Source of the DNA: Microthyrium microscopicum
Lineage: Eukaryota
Assembly: GCA_010405405.1 (NCBI GenBank)
Contig: MU004240.1
Location: 634,316 to 698,315, forward strand
Direction of reading: 5' to 3'
Length of the DNA: 64,000 nt
Shown: piece by piece, positions 50,807 through 63,097 of the stretch
Layout of the letters: every line of letters starts with the position of its first letter
Numbering within the stretch: the first letter of the stretch is position 1
Translations under genes and position numbers: made by a program
The notes under the pieces: model-generated
Databases searched by the model: none
Told to the model about the DNA's origin: nothing
What the model saw: only the letters and a program-made list of their open reading frames with translations

Positions 50807-53647
50807 ATGGCTGATAATCTGACACCCTATGTGATGTCCGTGGCTCAGCCTATGACTGGCGAGTCTCGAGGGCCAATAGTTCTGGTGGTGACGGCGGTGA
50901 TACTTATATTGTCGACACTTTTCGTCCTCTTACGACTGATATCGAAATTCGGTGTTGTGCGGAGGGTGGCATGGGATGACTATTTCATGATACTAGCCTG
51001 GGTGAGTTTGTTGTACGTGTGATGTACTCTGTCAACATTACTGACGCAAATGCAGTTCTTGGCTTTTGGATTATCATTCGCAATATGTTATGGTACACGA
51101 GTAGGACTGGGTATGCATGAGAATACTGTACCTCAGGAATGGCAGAGTGCTCTGAAAAAATCAGAATTCGCATTTTCGGTCTTATACGTACGTTGTCGAT
51201 TCAAACTAAACATCTATTCAAACGAAACTTACTCTATCCAGAATCCTGCTCTCATGGCGACCAAAACTTCGATTCTTACTTTCTACCTCTCATTATCTCA
51301 CGGCAACAAATTCTTTCGATATTCCACCTTTGCAACGCTTGCAGTTGTTAACATTGCTGGGATCGCGTTGACGTTTCTCAATATTTTTCAATGTCGACCG
51401 ATGACCGCAATATTCAAGACTCCAGTGCCGGCAACTGCTCGTTGCACTGATATTGTTACACTCTATCTATCATCGGCACCCGCTAATATCATTACGGATC
51501 TAGCAATCTTGTTTCTACCGATGCCGATATTGACTGCTATGCGCCTACCCCGAAAGCAGAAAACAATTTTGGTAATCACCTTCGGCTTTGGCTTTTTCGT
51601 GGCCGTGGTCGACGTAATCCGGATCATATACCTCCAGGATGCATCTCTCAATCGCCTCGAGGAACTCACTAGATCTAATGGAGCCACATCTACTCTGGAC
51701 CAAAGAGACCAGACTGACGTGTCTTGGTACGCATCGCTCTCTTTCATGTGGTCAGCAATAGAAGTCAATGTCGGGATAATGTGCGCAAACGTCCCAGGCT
51801 TGAAACCTTTAGTTTCTCGCTTCATGCCATATATTCTTCGCGACAAGGGAGATCAAAGCATGTCTGCCAATGGCCCCGAAAAGATTACCTCACTAGATCG
51901 AGCACATCAAAGGCTAGGCTCTGATGCTACACCTGCCGCTCCAGCAGCGCAGGAGTCAGAGGCTCAATTTGGCTCAGCGCAAGAGCGGCCTTATAACGAT
52001 ATGATTGATATGATGGACTTTCTGACAACTCCGGACATGGCTGAATTACCATCCAACTTGAGACGACCACCCACCGCAGTCCCAACGGAACGAGCACCTA
52101 GCAGAGGCCCGCAGACGTTTTTCGACTTCGTGGTGGTGGAGCAAAAGAAGAGCATGGTCAAACTAACCAATCGAGAATCTCTATTTCCAATTGCAATGGT
52201 CACGGTTCTATTCTTTCTCTGGGGTGTTGCCTACGGCTTTCTGGACACACTAAATGCTCGATTTCAGTCGATCGCTCATATGACTCAGGCCCAAAGTGTT
52301 GGTATTCATAGCGCATACTTCGGTGCTTATTCCGTGGGGACGCTTACCGTTGGTCGTTTGATATTGAAGCATTTCGGGTTCAAAGCATGCTATGTAGCTG
52401 GTCTTTGTTTGTATGGTTGTGGGACTCTGGTTTTCTGGCCATCTGCCGTCCTGAGTTCTTTTCCGGCTTTTCTCATCTCCAATTTCATGGTCGGCATGGG
52501 ACTGTCCCTTCTTGAAATAGCGGCAAATCCTTTTGTCGCGCTCTGTGGACCACAAGAATGGATGGAACTAAGACTTAATCTTTCCCAAGGCATCCAAGCG
52601 ATTGGCACCGTCTTCTCTCCTCTTCTGGCCTCCAAAGTTCTATTCAAAGAAACCACAAGCGCTCCAAGTCTAATCGATGTTCAATGGACATATCTCGGAA
52701 TCGCGCTATTCACAATCGTCCTAGCAGTAGCATACTTCTACCTCCCTCTTCCCGAAGCTACCGACGACGAACTCGAAGAAGCCGCCGAACATCCTGATCT
52801 TCTCAATCTCACCGAAATCCGCGGCACCCGTCTAGTCCTAATCACCTTAATAATGGGCTGCATATGCATGTTCTGCTATGTCGGTGCTCAAGAAGCAATC
52901 TCTACCACGTTCCCCCAATACATCAAGCTGCAACTGAAAAGCCGCGGCGAACTCCTCATCGACGTTGGAAGCACCGAATTCCTCGCCATTGGCCACAGCA
53001 CCTTTGCCGCCGGTCGCTTCCTCGCCGCCTTTTTAAACCTCTTCATCAAACCTCGCATCCTCCTCCTCATCTTCTTCCTAGGCGCAGTCATTACCAGCGC
53101 CCTTGCTATGCGCCTCGACTCTAATGCGACCGAGGCCGTAGTCCTTCTTCTCTATTTCTTCGAAGGTCCCATCTTCGCCTTCATCTACGGCATGAGTCTG
53201 CGTGGCCTTGGACGTCACACCAAGGACGGCGCAGCTCTCATTACTGCCAGCATATCTGGCGGCGGTGTGTTCCCACCAATTCTATATGGTGTGGCAGGTG
53301 GTAATCCGGCGTACTTCCAAGGCGCTTACCGCGTCATCGTGGCAGCCTTTGCCATCGGCATGCTATTCCCACTGTACCTCAACTTCTTCCCACTGGCCCG
53401 CCGAATCGCCGACCCAGTCCGCAAGTCCAACGGACTACCGCGCCATGACCGCACGTCCACGCAGCCGCCAGCATTTGGCCGAATGAGCAACAGCTCCGGA
53501 CGACCATCGTCGAATCTCGAAGTCCTCGATGGGTCAAAGATGGCAGTCCCGATGCTGAGTATGCCAAAACCACCCGTACTACGAACAGGCTCAGAGACGA
53601 CATCAACAAGCCAACGCGCAGTCTCACGACCAGTCTCACCACTATAA
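50807..53647 (+). CDS. Fusion protein: N-terminal PTH11-like rhodopsin-domain 7TM plus C-terminal MFS fucose/glucose-galactose:H+ symporter (FucP-like); introns 51002-51055 and 51188-51241
   Basis: LRL..K...WDDYFMILAW, GLGMH, TKTSIL.FY, FQCRP, NIITDLAILFLPMP, WSAIEVNVGIMCA; then LFFLWGVAYG, AYFGAY, LEIAANPF, RLNLSQGIQAIG, YVGAQE, FAAGRF, FFEGPIF. Confidence 0.92.
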
Positions 53648-54404
53648 AACCAAAACCAAACACCTATACCCACAAAACCAACTTCTCGAAACGAGCAGCA
53701 CGACGAGACGACCATTTCATTATTCACTCCTAACCCACCACTGTACTTTTCCTTAATGTCTGATACCATCTCACCATATTTCCTATCCATCTCATTAACG
53801 ACACCGGACGGTTGGTAAAGTCCATATAGTACCATATTCTTGCGCATATACCCCTCGGTCATTGTGTTTTTTTCGGCTGCGATTTCCCTTCTTATTAGCA
53901 TCTTGCGTTAGCTGATCAGAGAGCGAGAAAAAAAACTGTCGACGAGCGATTGCAATCTTTGAGATATTCGCACGCTTCTACGCAACAGCGATTTGCGTTT
54001 GCAGCGATTCAAGAAGGCTTAGTGCTTATACTTATTATTTTATGTATCCAGAGATACGCAAGCCTGTAGCGGCTAGACCGGTATATAATGGGCACCGCGT
54101 CGACATAGCATAGTAAAAGTACTGTAATATAAAAAGTTCACAATCACAAGTCTACTTGAGTAAAGTGGCACAGTGATGTATGATACGACACAAAGATATG
54201 TATGAGTAATAAACTCAAATGCTAGTATTTTTCATTTCGACATGAGCTCCTACGGTCAAGGGGTATTGCGATAAGTTGTATGACTCCGTACCACCCCTAA
54301 GCGTTCATTATACATCCAGCAGGCATGAATGCTAAAGCTTGTCACAATAGCAAAATGCAAAAAATATGTGCACATAAGCAGAGAAAAGAACACCCCAACA
54401 ACAG

Positions 54405-57400
54405 CTATCGCTGAACGGCAGCCAAAGCAGCCGCTAGTCCCACAACGCGCAAGCTTCCACCTCTCTTGAGCGGCTTTCCGGTATTACCTGATGTTTCCGG
54501 CTGAGGACTGGTTACGGGCTTTGGTGGGTCGCTCCAGCGTCGGAAGACAGCTTTCATATCTCGAGGAGCACCTTCGAGGACTACCGTTGAGACAGGCACA
54601 AACGGTCGGTCTTCTACTGATGCGGCGAGAATGCCATAGTCCTGAGCAAACAGCAGAGCGGTAGCAAAGGCATGATGCTGGGTGTGCGATTGAGGAGACA
54701 ATACGCTTATATGACGTTAGAAAGCAACAGCAAAGGTTCGTTAGTGGAAGACTTACATGTAGACCTCAAAGAACGCATCAAGCACCCAAACACCCTCACC
54801 AGAGATGTCTTCTCTTGAAAATGGCACAACCTCTTCGACATCGCAGGTGAATTCGCCAGCGGGACTCCTCGGTGTCGTGGGAGTGGAAAGTAGCGAAATA
54901 GACTTGATATCCTTCTCAGCACGTGGACTTGGTAACGATAGGGAAGCGTTCGGAGTAGAAGGCGAGGCAGGCAGGGGAAGAAGGCTGGCTGCGCTCGCCG
55001 CCCAACCGCCTAAGAAGTAGCTCACCTGGAAAGCGCTGCCTTTGCGCGCGGGTCGTTGCGTCACCTTGAAAAGGCGCGACCGATATTTATCGCCAATCGA
55101 AGGCTTGAGTCGCCAGTGCGTGGCAGATGGCGGTATGCCGGGCATCTTTGACTTGTTGTTGGCTGATGGGAAGATCTTGAGGAACTTTTCGGGTTCTTGC
55201 CCGTCGGCGATTTCTTCAACGTCAGGAGTGGCGCCAATGTCCATGGCTATGAGACGAGCACAGCCGACTTCGTCTGCTGAAGACCCTGATCCGCGCCAGA
55301 GATAAAGTTTGGAGTTGCCTGAGCACACTAGATATGAAAACCCGGAGCAGAAAGATGTTCGAGCAAAGTCGACTTCATCAAAGGCTACATGCCCTAGATG
55401 ACGACGACCACAGAGAACAAAGTCTGCAGGAAGGCCTGTAGGTGTTGTCTTAGACCGTGATCCCCTGAAAGTGATGACGATGCCACCAAGCGCCTGGAAG
55501 AAGTAAGGATGCTCTTTCCCTTGTTTCACAACAAGAAGTTTTCCTGAGTTGGCTTTGGAAATGTTTCGAGCAAAGAATTGGGCATCTTCTGCAGCTGCTG
55601 GAGATACACTGGATCCGATCCAAAGATATACTTCTGTAATCTTTGACCCTTTGCTGTTTTTGAATATGTGTACACAGACATACATGTGATCCTCAAATAG
55701 AATATGGTCCTGGCCACCAGGCATTGGTAATAGCTTTCCATCATTGCCCATTTGCTGAGTTTGAGCTTTGATAGTCTCAATCTTGTCCGCCGAAAGTGGG
55801 CTAGCTTCTATGACTTTCAGCACGTCAATCTCAGCACCTCCAGTTATTCGGGGTTGGTCATCGAAGACTTCCGAAAATAATCTAGCAGCGTCTGTAGTGT
55901 GCGGAATAGGTGATTCGAGTGGCGGTGGAACAGTTATAGTCATTGAAGCAGGCCGAGATGACTTTCCAGTTTTAGTTGGAATGGCTGGGGAATTGGGCCT
56001 TTCAATTGGCGATGGTTTGGCAACTGGCACAGCTTTTGCGGTGATATTTGGTGGTTCTTTGATCTGAGGTGGTTTCGTTCTTACTGCGATCGAAGCAGTC
56101 GTTGATTTCTGGGGAGTGATCCTCTCTTGAGCCTTCGCCGCAACCTCAACAGCAGCCACATTTGCAAGGCCTAAGCCCACTGGTTTACTTTGTTTTTGTG
56201 GGGTGGAGGATTCCCGCGGAGCTGTTAAAGTAGCTGCTTTTTGTTCATCCGCCCATGTTGGCAATTTGACAGGGGATCTTGGACGAACGGGTGAAGACGC
56301 TCTGGAGTTGTCTGCCTTACTAGCGAATTTTGAGGCAGCATCTCGAACTGATATGTTGGACTCTCTGACAGGAGATTTAGAAGGACTATCCGGTCGAGAT
56401 GGACTCTTTTTAAAATTGAGCGGCGCCACTTTGGGCTCGGGCATTTCCGAGCCTGCAGGCAGCCCAAAATCAAAAGAACCCAGGACTGCAGATTCGCGAA
56501 CAGGAGGACTCTGCGCCGATGGTTGTAGAGTTTTTGCGAGCTCCGGTGACTTTTTAGGTGCATCTGGCTTTGATTTAGGCGTTGAAGCACTGTCGAACCC
56601 AGATTTCCGAGGTGTACCAGCAGGCTTTTCTGTCTCAGCCTTTTTGATATCAAGAGCTGATGGCTTTTTGACCAGAGATGGCAGAGGTCTAGCACCAGCC
56701 ATAGTTTCAAATTTCTGAGCGAACTTGGACGGTGCTGTATTCGATGGTGTTGACTCGGCTCCAGGCGATGCTTCATTTTCTAACGCAGGAGCTACTAAAG
56801 GCGCATCTGAAGAAGTCGCTGTCGTCCTTGGTGCTCGTCGTTTTGGACCCCGAGCTCGACCCTTTGTCATGTGCGTGAGTTCTGGAGTATCTTTCAGCGG
56901 CTCATCGGAAGCTCTAGGCGCGCCATTGCTGCGATCTGATGCGCCAGGTGCAGAAGCCATTGGAGGTGGTCCTCGAGCAAGCATCCCAGCGAGTGCAGGA
57001 TTGAATCTATTTGCCAGTTTCGCTCCTATGGCTGGACCTTTTGCTGAAGTCCTGACTGGTGAATCAGCGGCCTTTACGGGCGCAACAGCCGGTGAATTAG
57101 AAGCTAGGGTCTTTGTCTGGTTCCAGGACTTGGCTGCAGATGATTCTTCTGTACTTCTTGAATTTGAAATTGTGCCTACATCAGGACTCTTCTGACTTAT
57201 AAGAGGCGGACTTGTCACTCTAGGTGAAGCAAGGGGTTTTGTCGATGGGCTGTCTGTTCTCTGGGGTGCAGTTGGCTTTGTCTTGAAGGCCTGCTGTCGG
57301 GCCAATGCCTCTGGAATGGCGTTGACTTTGAGAGGCTCTTTTGACACCTCATTCGGGCTGGTCGAACGGCTCAAAGCTTGTCTTGCAACCAATGCTTCAG

Positions 57401-59482
57401 GAGATGCTAAATCTTTTGGTTTATCCGGCTTCTTAGGCTCTGGAGTAGAAGTTGCAGCCTTTTCCTTCATTTCTTGTTTCCTCTTAATGAGACTCTCCTT
57501 GAGTTCGTCTACTCGCTCTCTTTTGGCCGGACCACCAGTAATATTCAAGCCAGCCTTGCCCCGAAGGATGTTGTCCTTAAGAACATCCTGGGCCACAAAC
57601 TTCTCGGTTTGAGTGCGTCGCAGTTTACCAAAAACATTCTTGAACTCTGGCTCATTATTGTTATCTTGGTCTTTGGGCGCGACTCGAGGCTTAAGATTGG
57701 CACGGAAATCATGTTTGCCAGGTACGATAGGTTTGGTATCGGTCTTAGGAAGAGGCGAAGAAGGGAGTGTCGGGGACTTTCGCAGTGGTAATATACGTTC
57801 GGGCTCGGAAGGTGAAGCAAGTGAAGGCTTTGGGGAGGGTTCGGGGGCGGAAATCGAAGGTTTTAGGATTGGCGGAGAGATCGCGGCTCTAGGTTCGGGG
57901 GAAGAAGGTTTACTGAGAGGCATGTCTTGCGACAATTTTGGGGGATTGTCAATTGAAGCGCTCATGCGCTGCTGCTTCGCTTTCGCAAGATCTGACATCC
58001 AAGAAGGTTGAGCAGGCGGTGGAGCAGGCTTGGCCTTTTCCTCTGTTTTTGTGATTTTTGATTCAAGCCAGCTGGATTTTGTTGGACTCCATCGTTTGGA
58101 TGGACTACTAGGAGGAGAGGAGAAATCGGGGTTTCGTTCATTTCCCGTCTCAGAATTTTTGAGTGAGACCATAGACTTGGAACGACTGTGCAATGAAGGA
58201 GTGGTGCGGCCCGCGACATCCTTGTCATCATCAGTGTTTTGGCTGACGGTTTGGATGGTATGATTGCTTTGGGCAGTAGATGGCTCGAGCGAGTTTTCAC
58301 GAGTGAGACTGGAGGGCCTTGCATCTAGACGCGAAATTGTGTTCGTAGGCGATATAAAATCGCTCCGACTACCGCGATTACTTGCAGATGATCCAGCACG
58401 CTGTAAACTTGGACTCGAAGTTGCGCTCCATCGTTTGGTGATGCTATCTGAGCGTTTCATCATCGCGCTTTGCACAAAACCACCCATTCCCTTGGTAGGA
58501 GAAGCTCTTCCGGAGTTTATTGGTGTCGTAGTGTCGTCACTAGTTGGAGTAAGCTTTGGAGCATCATATATTGAGGATGCTCGCAAGTTAGGAGTTCCCA
58601 TATCAGATATAGAGGTAGTAACAGAATGACGATTGCTCCAAGCTGCGCTTCCACGAATCGAGCCCGCTCGTGATGGTGAAACTGATCGAAAGCTGTCTGG
58701 TGGTGGACTCATAGTACCCTCGGAGGCAATTGGCCCGCTTTTGACGTCTTTTGCCATTCCAGCAAGCGCGAATTGGTTCTGTGCTGGACTCTCTGGTCGG
58801 TCTTCGCGCGATTTCCTATATGCGGCAGATCCAACACCTCGATCAGCAGTTTGCTTGAACCACGAAGGGTCTTTCGCTCCTAACGACTCGGATATCTTAG
58901 TTCGCGAAGGTTCATCATCGGTAGTCTTGGTCGGGGATTCGGCACGCGGCTTTGGGGATTGAGCGCGATTGTTCTCAGCGGCGACTTGGGATAGTGGACG
59001 GCGACGTTGCTGCCACGAGAGCGTACCGGAGCGAGCAAGGCCAGTGGGAGATTCGGGTGGGTTTGACATTCTTGTTCTATCTGGGCTGGGACTCTTGGTG
59101 GATTGTGAGGGTATATGTTTGGGTGGTGGGGAGGTGGAAATTGATTTTGATGCTGTGGAAGGAGCAACTGGTAGCACGGAGTCTAAAGCGGCAGGAGCAG
59201 TGGATAGCGACCTAGCAACGTCTTGAAGCGGAAGGCGGTGTTAGAAAGAGTCTCAACTTCAAAGAAACAATCATGGTGATGCAGCAATTGAGTTGCTTGA
59301 GTTCAATGTTGCTTACCGGCCCTGCGCTGCCGTCGTTGCTCGCGGCTCTGCAAAATGTCCTTCTCGAGGTTGGCTGCTCTAGCGCGATCCTCTCGGTCCC
59401 TCTCTTGGGTCATTTCTGCTACACGCTTGAGAAAGGACTCGGGAGACACGTCGTCTTCAGCGGATGAAGTGGGCGGAGACAT
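54405..59482 (-). CDS. Large Ser/Pro-rich DUF4045-type protein with C-terminal gelsolin-like repeats (putative actin-associated); introns near both ends
   Basis: Exon 1 FLKRVAEM...DRARAANLEKDILQSREQRRQRRA; SPTKGMGGFVQSAMMKRSDS..KRWS, LTHMTKGRARGPKRR; gelsolin-like EVYLWIG, QGKE..FFQALGG, LYLWRG.GS, GQEP..F, VWVLDAFFEVY. Confidence 0.85.
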
Positions 59483-60271
59483 GGCGCAGGCAAAAACCAG
59501 TTTGCCAACAACAGGTCAACAGCAAGATTCGGGTTTCGTGTGAATCACCCCTGTCCTAGGCGTGATGCTGGTAACAATGGCTGAAGAGAAAGGCTCTCCG
59601 CATACCACCCGCCAGAGTGTTCCAGCTTTCCTATGATCGATCAATCGAGTAAGCGGTGGAATAAATGGAATCAAATATCAAAAGACAGACAAGAAACAAA
59701 CTAAACTTTGAAGAGAGACAGAGTTTAAGATAGAGACTAGACTCTAGCACATTCCCTTTGTCGATTTGCTGCAAGTCACCCCTGCATCATCAAAGCACAA
59801 AACACGCGACAATCCATCGCACTTGGCTTTTAGCGCGCTTCAATGTTTACCCTCCAAGCCTCCACCGCAAAAAAAGTCTAAATCCATCACCGGATCATCT
59901 TGATATGATCAAATTGTTTCGTTCTACTCTTGAACTGCGCGGCCTATTGATTCTGAAAAGGTGTCATACAACTTCCGTCGATATCTTGAAATTCAAGCAA
60001 TCTTGAACCCTTTATCCATGCTCAAGCTCTCTTCCTTGTTTCTCTTCATCACTATTGGTTGAAACCAGTCTACCAGCAAGGAGTCAAGGTTCAATTCAAT
60101 ATCAATACTCGGATATTGTACCGGTCAGTCACCGCTGCTGGCAATGCTGACAGGCATAATCGATTCCTCAGCAAGGCAAAGTCCCAAATCATAGACAAGT
60201 TAAATTATCTATGATCTAGTATCGCGCAATTGGCAGTATGAAAGATGGAGTGATCAAGTTGATTCAAAATA

Positions 60272-61183
60272 TCAGAAAACCATTTGTCCACCATCCACAG
60301 GAATATCTGCGCCATTGATATAAGATCCAGCATCACTGGCCAGCAACAGAATCGCTCCAGTCAGCTCACTCGGCAGACCCATCCTCCCACTAGGATTCCT
60401 GCTTGTCCAAATCTGCCTGCACTCCTCCAGCCCAGCTCCCTCGTTTAGGATCGTGTCCATGTATCCTGGGCTAATACTGTTGGTCCGAATCCCATATCTT
60501 GCCCATTCAGCCGCCAGACAATTCTTCATTGCCAAGACGGCTGCCTTGCTCACATTATAAGCTATCTGCGGTTGGGGAAAATTTACGCGATGGCCTGATA
60601 TGGACGCGACAAAGACTATGGAGCCGCCAGTTCCTTGATGCACCATTTGTCGCGCAACAGCTTGTGAACATATGAAGCCGCCGGTCGTATTGATGTCCAA
60701 GACGCGACGGAACTGCGCAATGGGAATGTCGAGTGCATGGTTGGTGTTGACCACACCGGCGAAGTTGAGGAGAATATCGACGGTGTCAAAGAGCTCCACG
60801 GTTTTCGCAACTGCTTGGGCAATGGCCACGTCGTCTGTGATATCAACATCTAGTGCTTCAATCCGAGAGTCGCGGAACTGTTCTCGCAGAAGGGAAATGA
60901 TATCTTGACAGCTGGATGTGTTAAGGTCGAAAAGCATCAGCTTATTGAGGCCGTGTTGTAGCAGTGCTGTTGCGGCTTGTAGACCCAGAGTACCAGTACC
61001 GCCCGTCACGATTGCAGTGCCTTTGATTGCAAATCGTTGCTGAGCTGCAACTTGGTGATCAGTAACCGCTTCTTTTATGGGTGGAGCCGTGAGAGATGTC
61101 GCGCTGCCATCGCTCAAAGTCATTTGCGGAATAATTCGATTGGTGAGTTCATCGCGGCTGGTGATCTGCGATTGGTCTGCCAT
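60272..61183 (-). CDS. SDR polyol dehydrogenase (D-arabinitol 2-dehydrogenase/sorbose reductase-like)
   Basis: TGGTGTLG, NFAGVV, ASISG..VNFPQPQIAYNVSKAAV, NSISPGYMDTILN, VDGG. Confidence 0.92.
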   Translation of the reverse strand: MADQSQITSRDELTNRIIPQMTLSDGSATSLTAPPIKEAVTDHQVAAQQRFAIKGTAIVTGGTGTLGLQAATALLQHGLNKLMLFDLNTSSCQDIISLLREQFRDSRIEALDVDITDDVAIAQAVAKTVELFDTVDILLNFAGVVNTNHALDIPIAQFRRVLDINTTGGFICSQAVARQMVHQGTGGSIVFVASISGHRVNFPQPQIAYNVSKAAVLAMKNCLAAEWARYGIRTNSISPGYMDTILNEGAGLEECRQIWTSRNPSGRMGLPSELTGAILLLASDAGSYINGADIPVDGGQMVF

Positions 61184-61531
61184 GGCAAAATCAAATATCT
61201 GAAGTTTCGCACCGGCTCAGAAGAGGATGTCTAAGTAGGGGATTAAATGAGAGCGCTGAAGCAATTGAAAAATGAAATGCGGCGGTGTTGGTAGTATCGA
61301 AGTTGTCAACTCCCCTGTAAAAACTCAACATCGCCTTCTGGGCAAGACTGTCTACGATTTGCCACATCGTGAGATCCACTCGCCCACTTCAATGCCCACT
61401 TTTAAAATGGTGTCACTGTGCAGCCATTTCACGTTAAAAAAAGAAGAGATAAATCCGTATCAGGAAGTAACCATGAAGGTGTATTCAGGCGAATTTCGAT
61501 GATTCAGGCTTTCCTATCATACAAGGCTTTC

Positions 61532-62563
61532 TCATGAGCTGTCATCCTCTAGCTTTACATCTTCAGACTTCTCCTTTTTCTCCTTTTTCTCCGACACATT
61601 GTCTTTTGCTTTGCTCTTTGGAAATGCTTTCCTCAGCTCGCACTTCCCCAAATTCTTCCTACCAGCCTTACACTCATCACACTTCTTCCCATGAGATACC
61701 ATCAAAATATGCAACCCATACTTATCCTCATCAGGAATCCTCACATCCAAATGCGCATGTGTCTCATCTCGCGACGCCTTCGGTGGCCTCCATCCCAGCA
61801 AACCCGCAATGCGATGCACATGTGTATCCACCGCAAAGCTCTCCCTCCTTAGACAGAACAGCAACACACAAGACGCCGTTTTGGGCCCAACGCCCTGAAA
61901 ACCTAACATCTCCTGCATCGCATCCTCGTTGCTGAGTTTAAACATGTGATCCAGACTATACTCGCCATACTTCTCCTTGACTTGCTCTAGGATTGACAAT
62001 ATCACCTTACTCTTCGTCTTACTTAGGCCACCACACCTGATTGCTTCCTCCAACTTCTCCTGGCCACCTTCTGCAATAGCCTCCCACTTGTCGCTGCGTC
62101 CATAAACAGAGTCCATACTACGTTTCGCCCTAGTACTATTCGTATCGCTTGTATTCTGCGATAAAATCGTCCGCACCAGCGCATCCAGCACCGATGGCGA
62201 ATCACCACAGCCCGCTCGGTCAGCGCTCGCGACGACTTCCTTGGGCCTGTTGCGCGCGCCGTGCAGTTTGCGCAGAATGCGATGCGCTTCCTTTGCCTCG
62301 GCGGGCGTGGGGTGTACAAAGTCTGGAAAGGGTGATTGGCCAGCTGTTGCAGAGTAGGCTTTGAGTTTGCGGTCCTTGAGAAGTATGGTTGGATCTTTCA
62401 TGTCAATGTCGGCAGGTTTAGTGTCGTTGTCTTTCGAGCGGGTGTATTTGGTGGCGAGGGCGGGGAGGGTCTTGTCGAGTGCATCTTGGACTTGTTCCTT
62501 TTTGACCTTTTTGATGGGTGGTGAGGCTTTTGTGGATCCCTTGCTCTTGCGTTTGGGTGCCAT
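61532..62563 (-). CDS. HhH-GPD superfamily base-excision DNA glycosylase (endonuclease III-like)
   Basis: LVRTILSQNT, IRCGGL..KSK.I, HhH GVGPKTASCVLLF, FAVDTHVHRI. Confidence 0.92.
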   Translation of the reverse strand: MAPKRKSKGSTKASPPIKKVKKEQVQDALDKTLPALATKYTRSKDNDTKPADIDMKDPTILLKDRKLKAYSATAGQSPFPDFVHPTPAEAKEAHRILRKLHGARNRPKEVVASADRAGCGDSPSVLDALVRTILSQNTSDTNSTRAKRSMDSVYGRSDKWEAIAEGGQEKLEEAIRCGGLSKTKSKVILSILEQVKEKYGEYSLDHMFKLSNEDAMQEMLGFQGVGPKTASCVLLFCLRRESFAVDTHVHRIAGLLGWRPPKASRDETHAHLDVRIPDEDKYGLHILMVSHGKKCDECKAGRKNLGKCELRKAFPKSKAKDNVSEKKEKKEKSEDVKLEDDSS

Positions 62564-63097
62564 GGTGCTCTTGAAATGGAGTTGTTGTGTTGAAGTTGAC
62601 AAGAGCCTGATGAAGTTGCCCCTGACACGATGGGAGACGCCGCCACAGGGTTTCCAAAGCTCTTTTGATAGAAAATGCCGAATGATTCCGATGTACGCTT
62701 GAACTATTTTCAGAAATGTAATATTGCAAATGTGAGGTAACTGATTATGGGTTCAAAAAGAAAACTGTGGAAGGACAAGATCATCTGAGTCCTAGAAAGT
62801 AGAGTAGAAAGGGAGAAGAGTCAACGCGTCATTGGCGTTTTTAACATTTCGAGACAGCTTTGACTCGTTTTAGCAACATAGTGTTATTGCTCGAAAGCGC
62901 AATAATTATTCTTTCTCAAATTATAAGTATGGGGTTTGACGATGATTTCCAGCGATTTCCAATGATTTGGAAAATGGTGATCAGATGAGCATTCTCGAGG
63001 CAGTCCAAGGGAATGATCGGCGCTGAAATTTAGCTCAGCCTTATGGTCGGCATAAGGCTGAATGGCGGCGTTAAGCTGTTACGTCAATAGAATACTT

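Noticed and set aside
55042..59226. Many plus-strand ORFs antisense to the DUF4045/gelsolin gene
   Set aside because: Shadow ORFs arising from Ser/Pro-rich codon usage of the real minus-strand gene.
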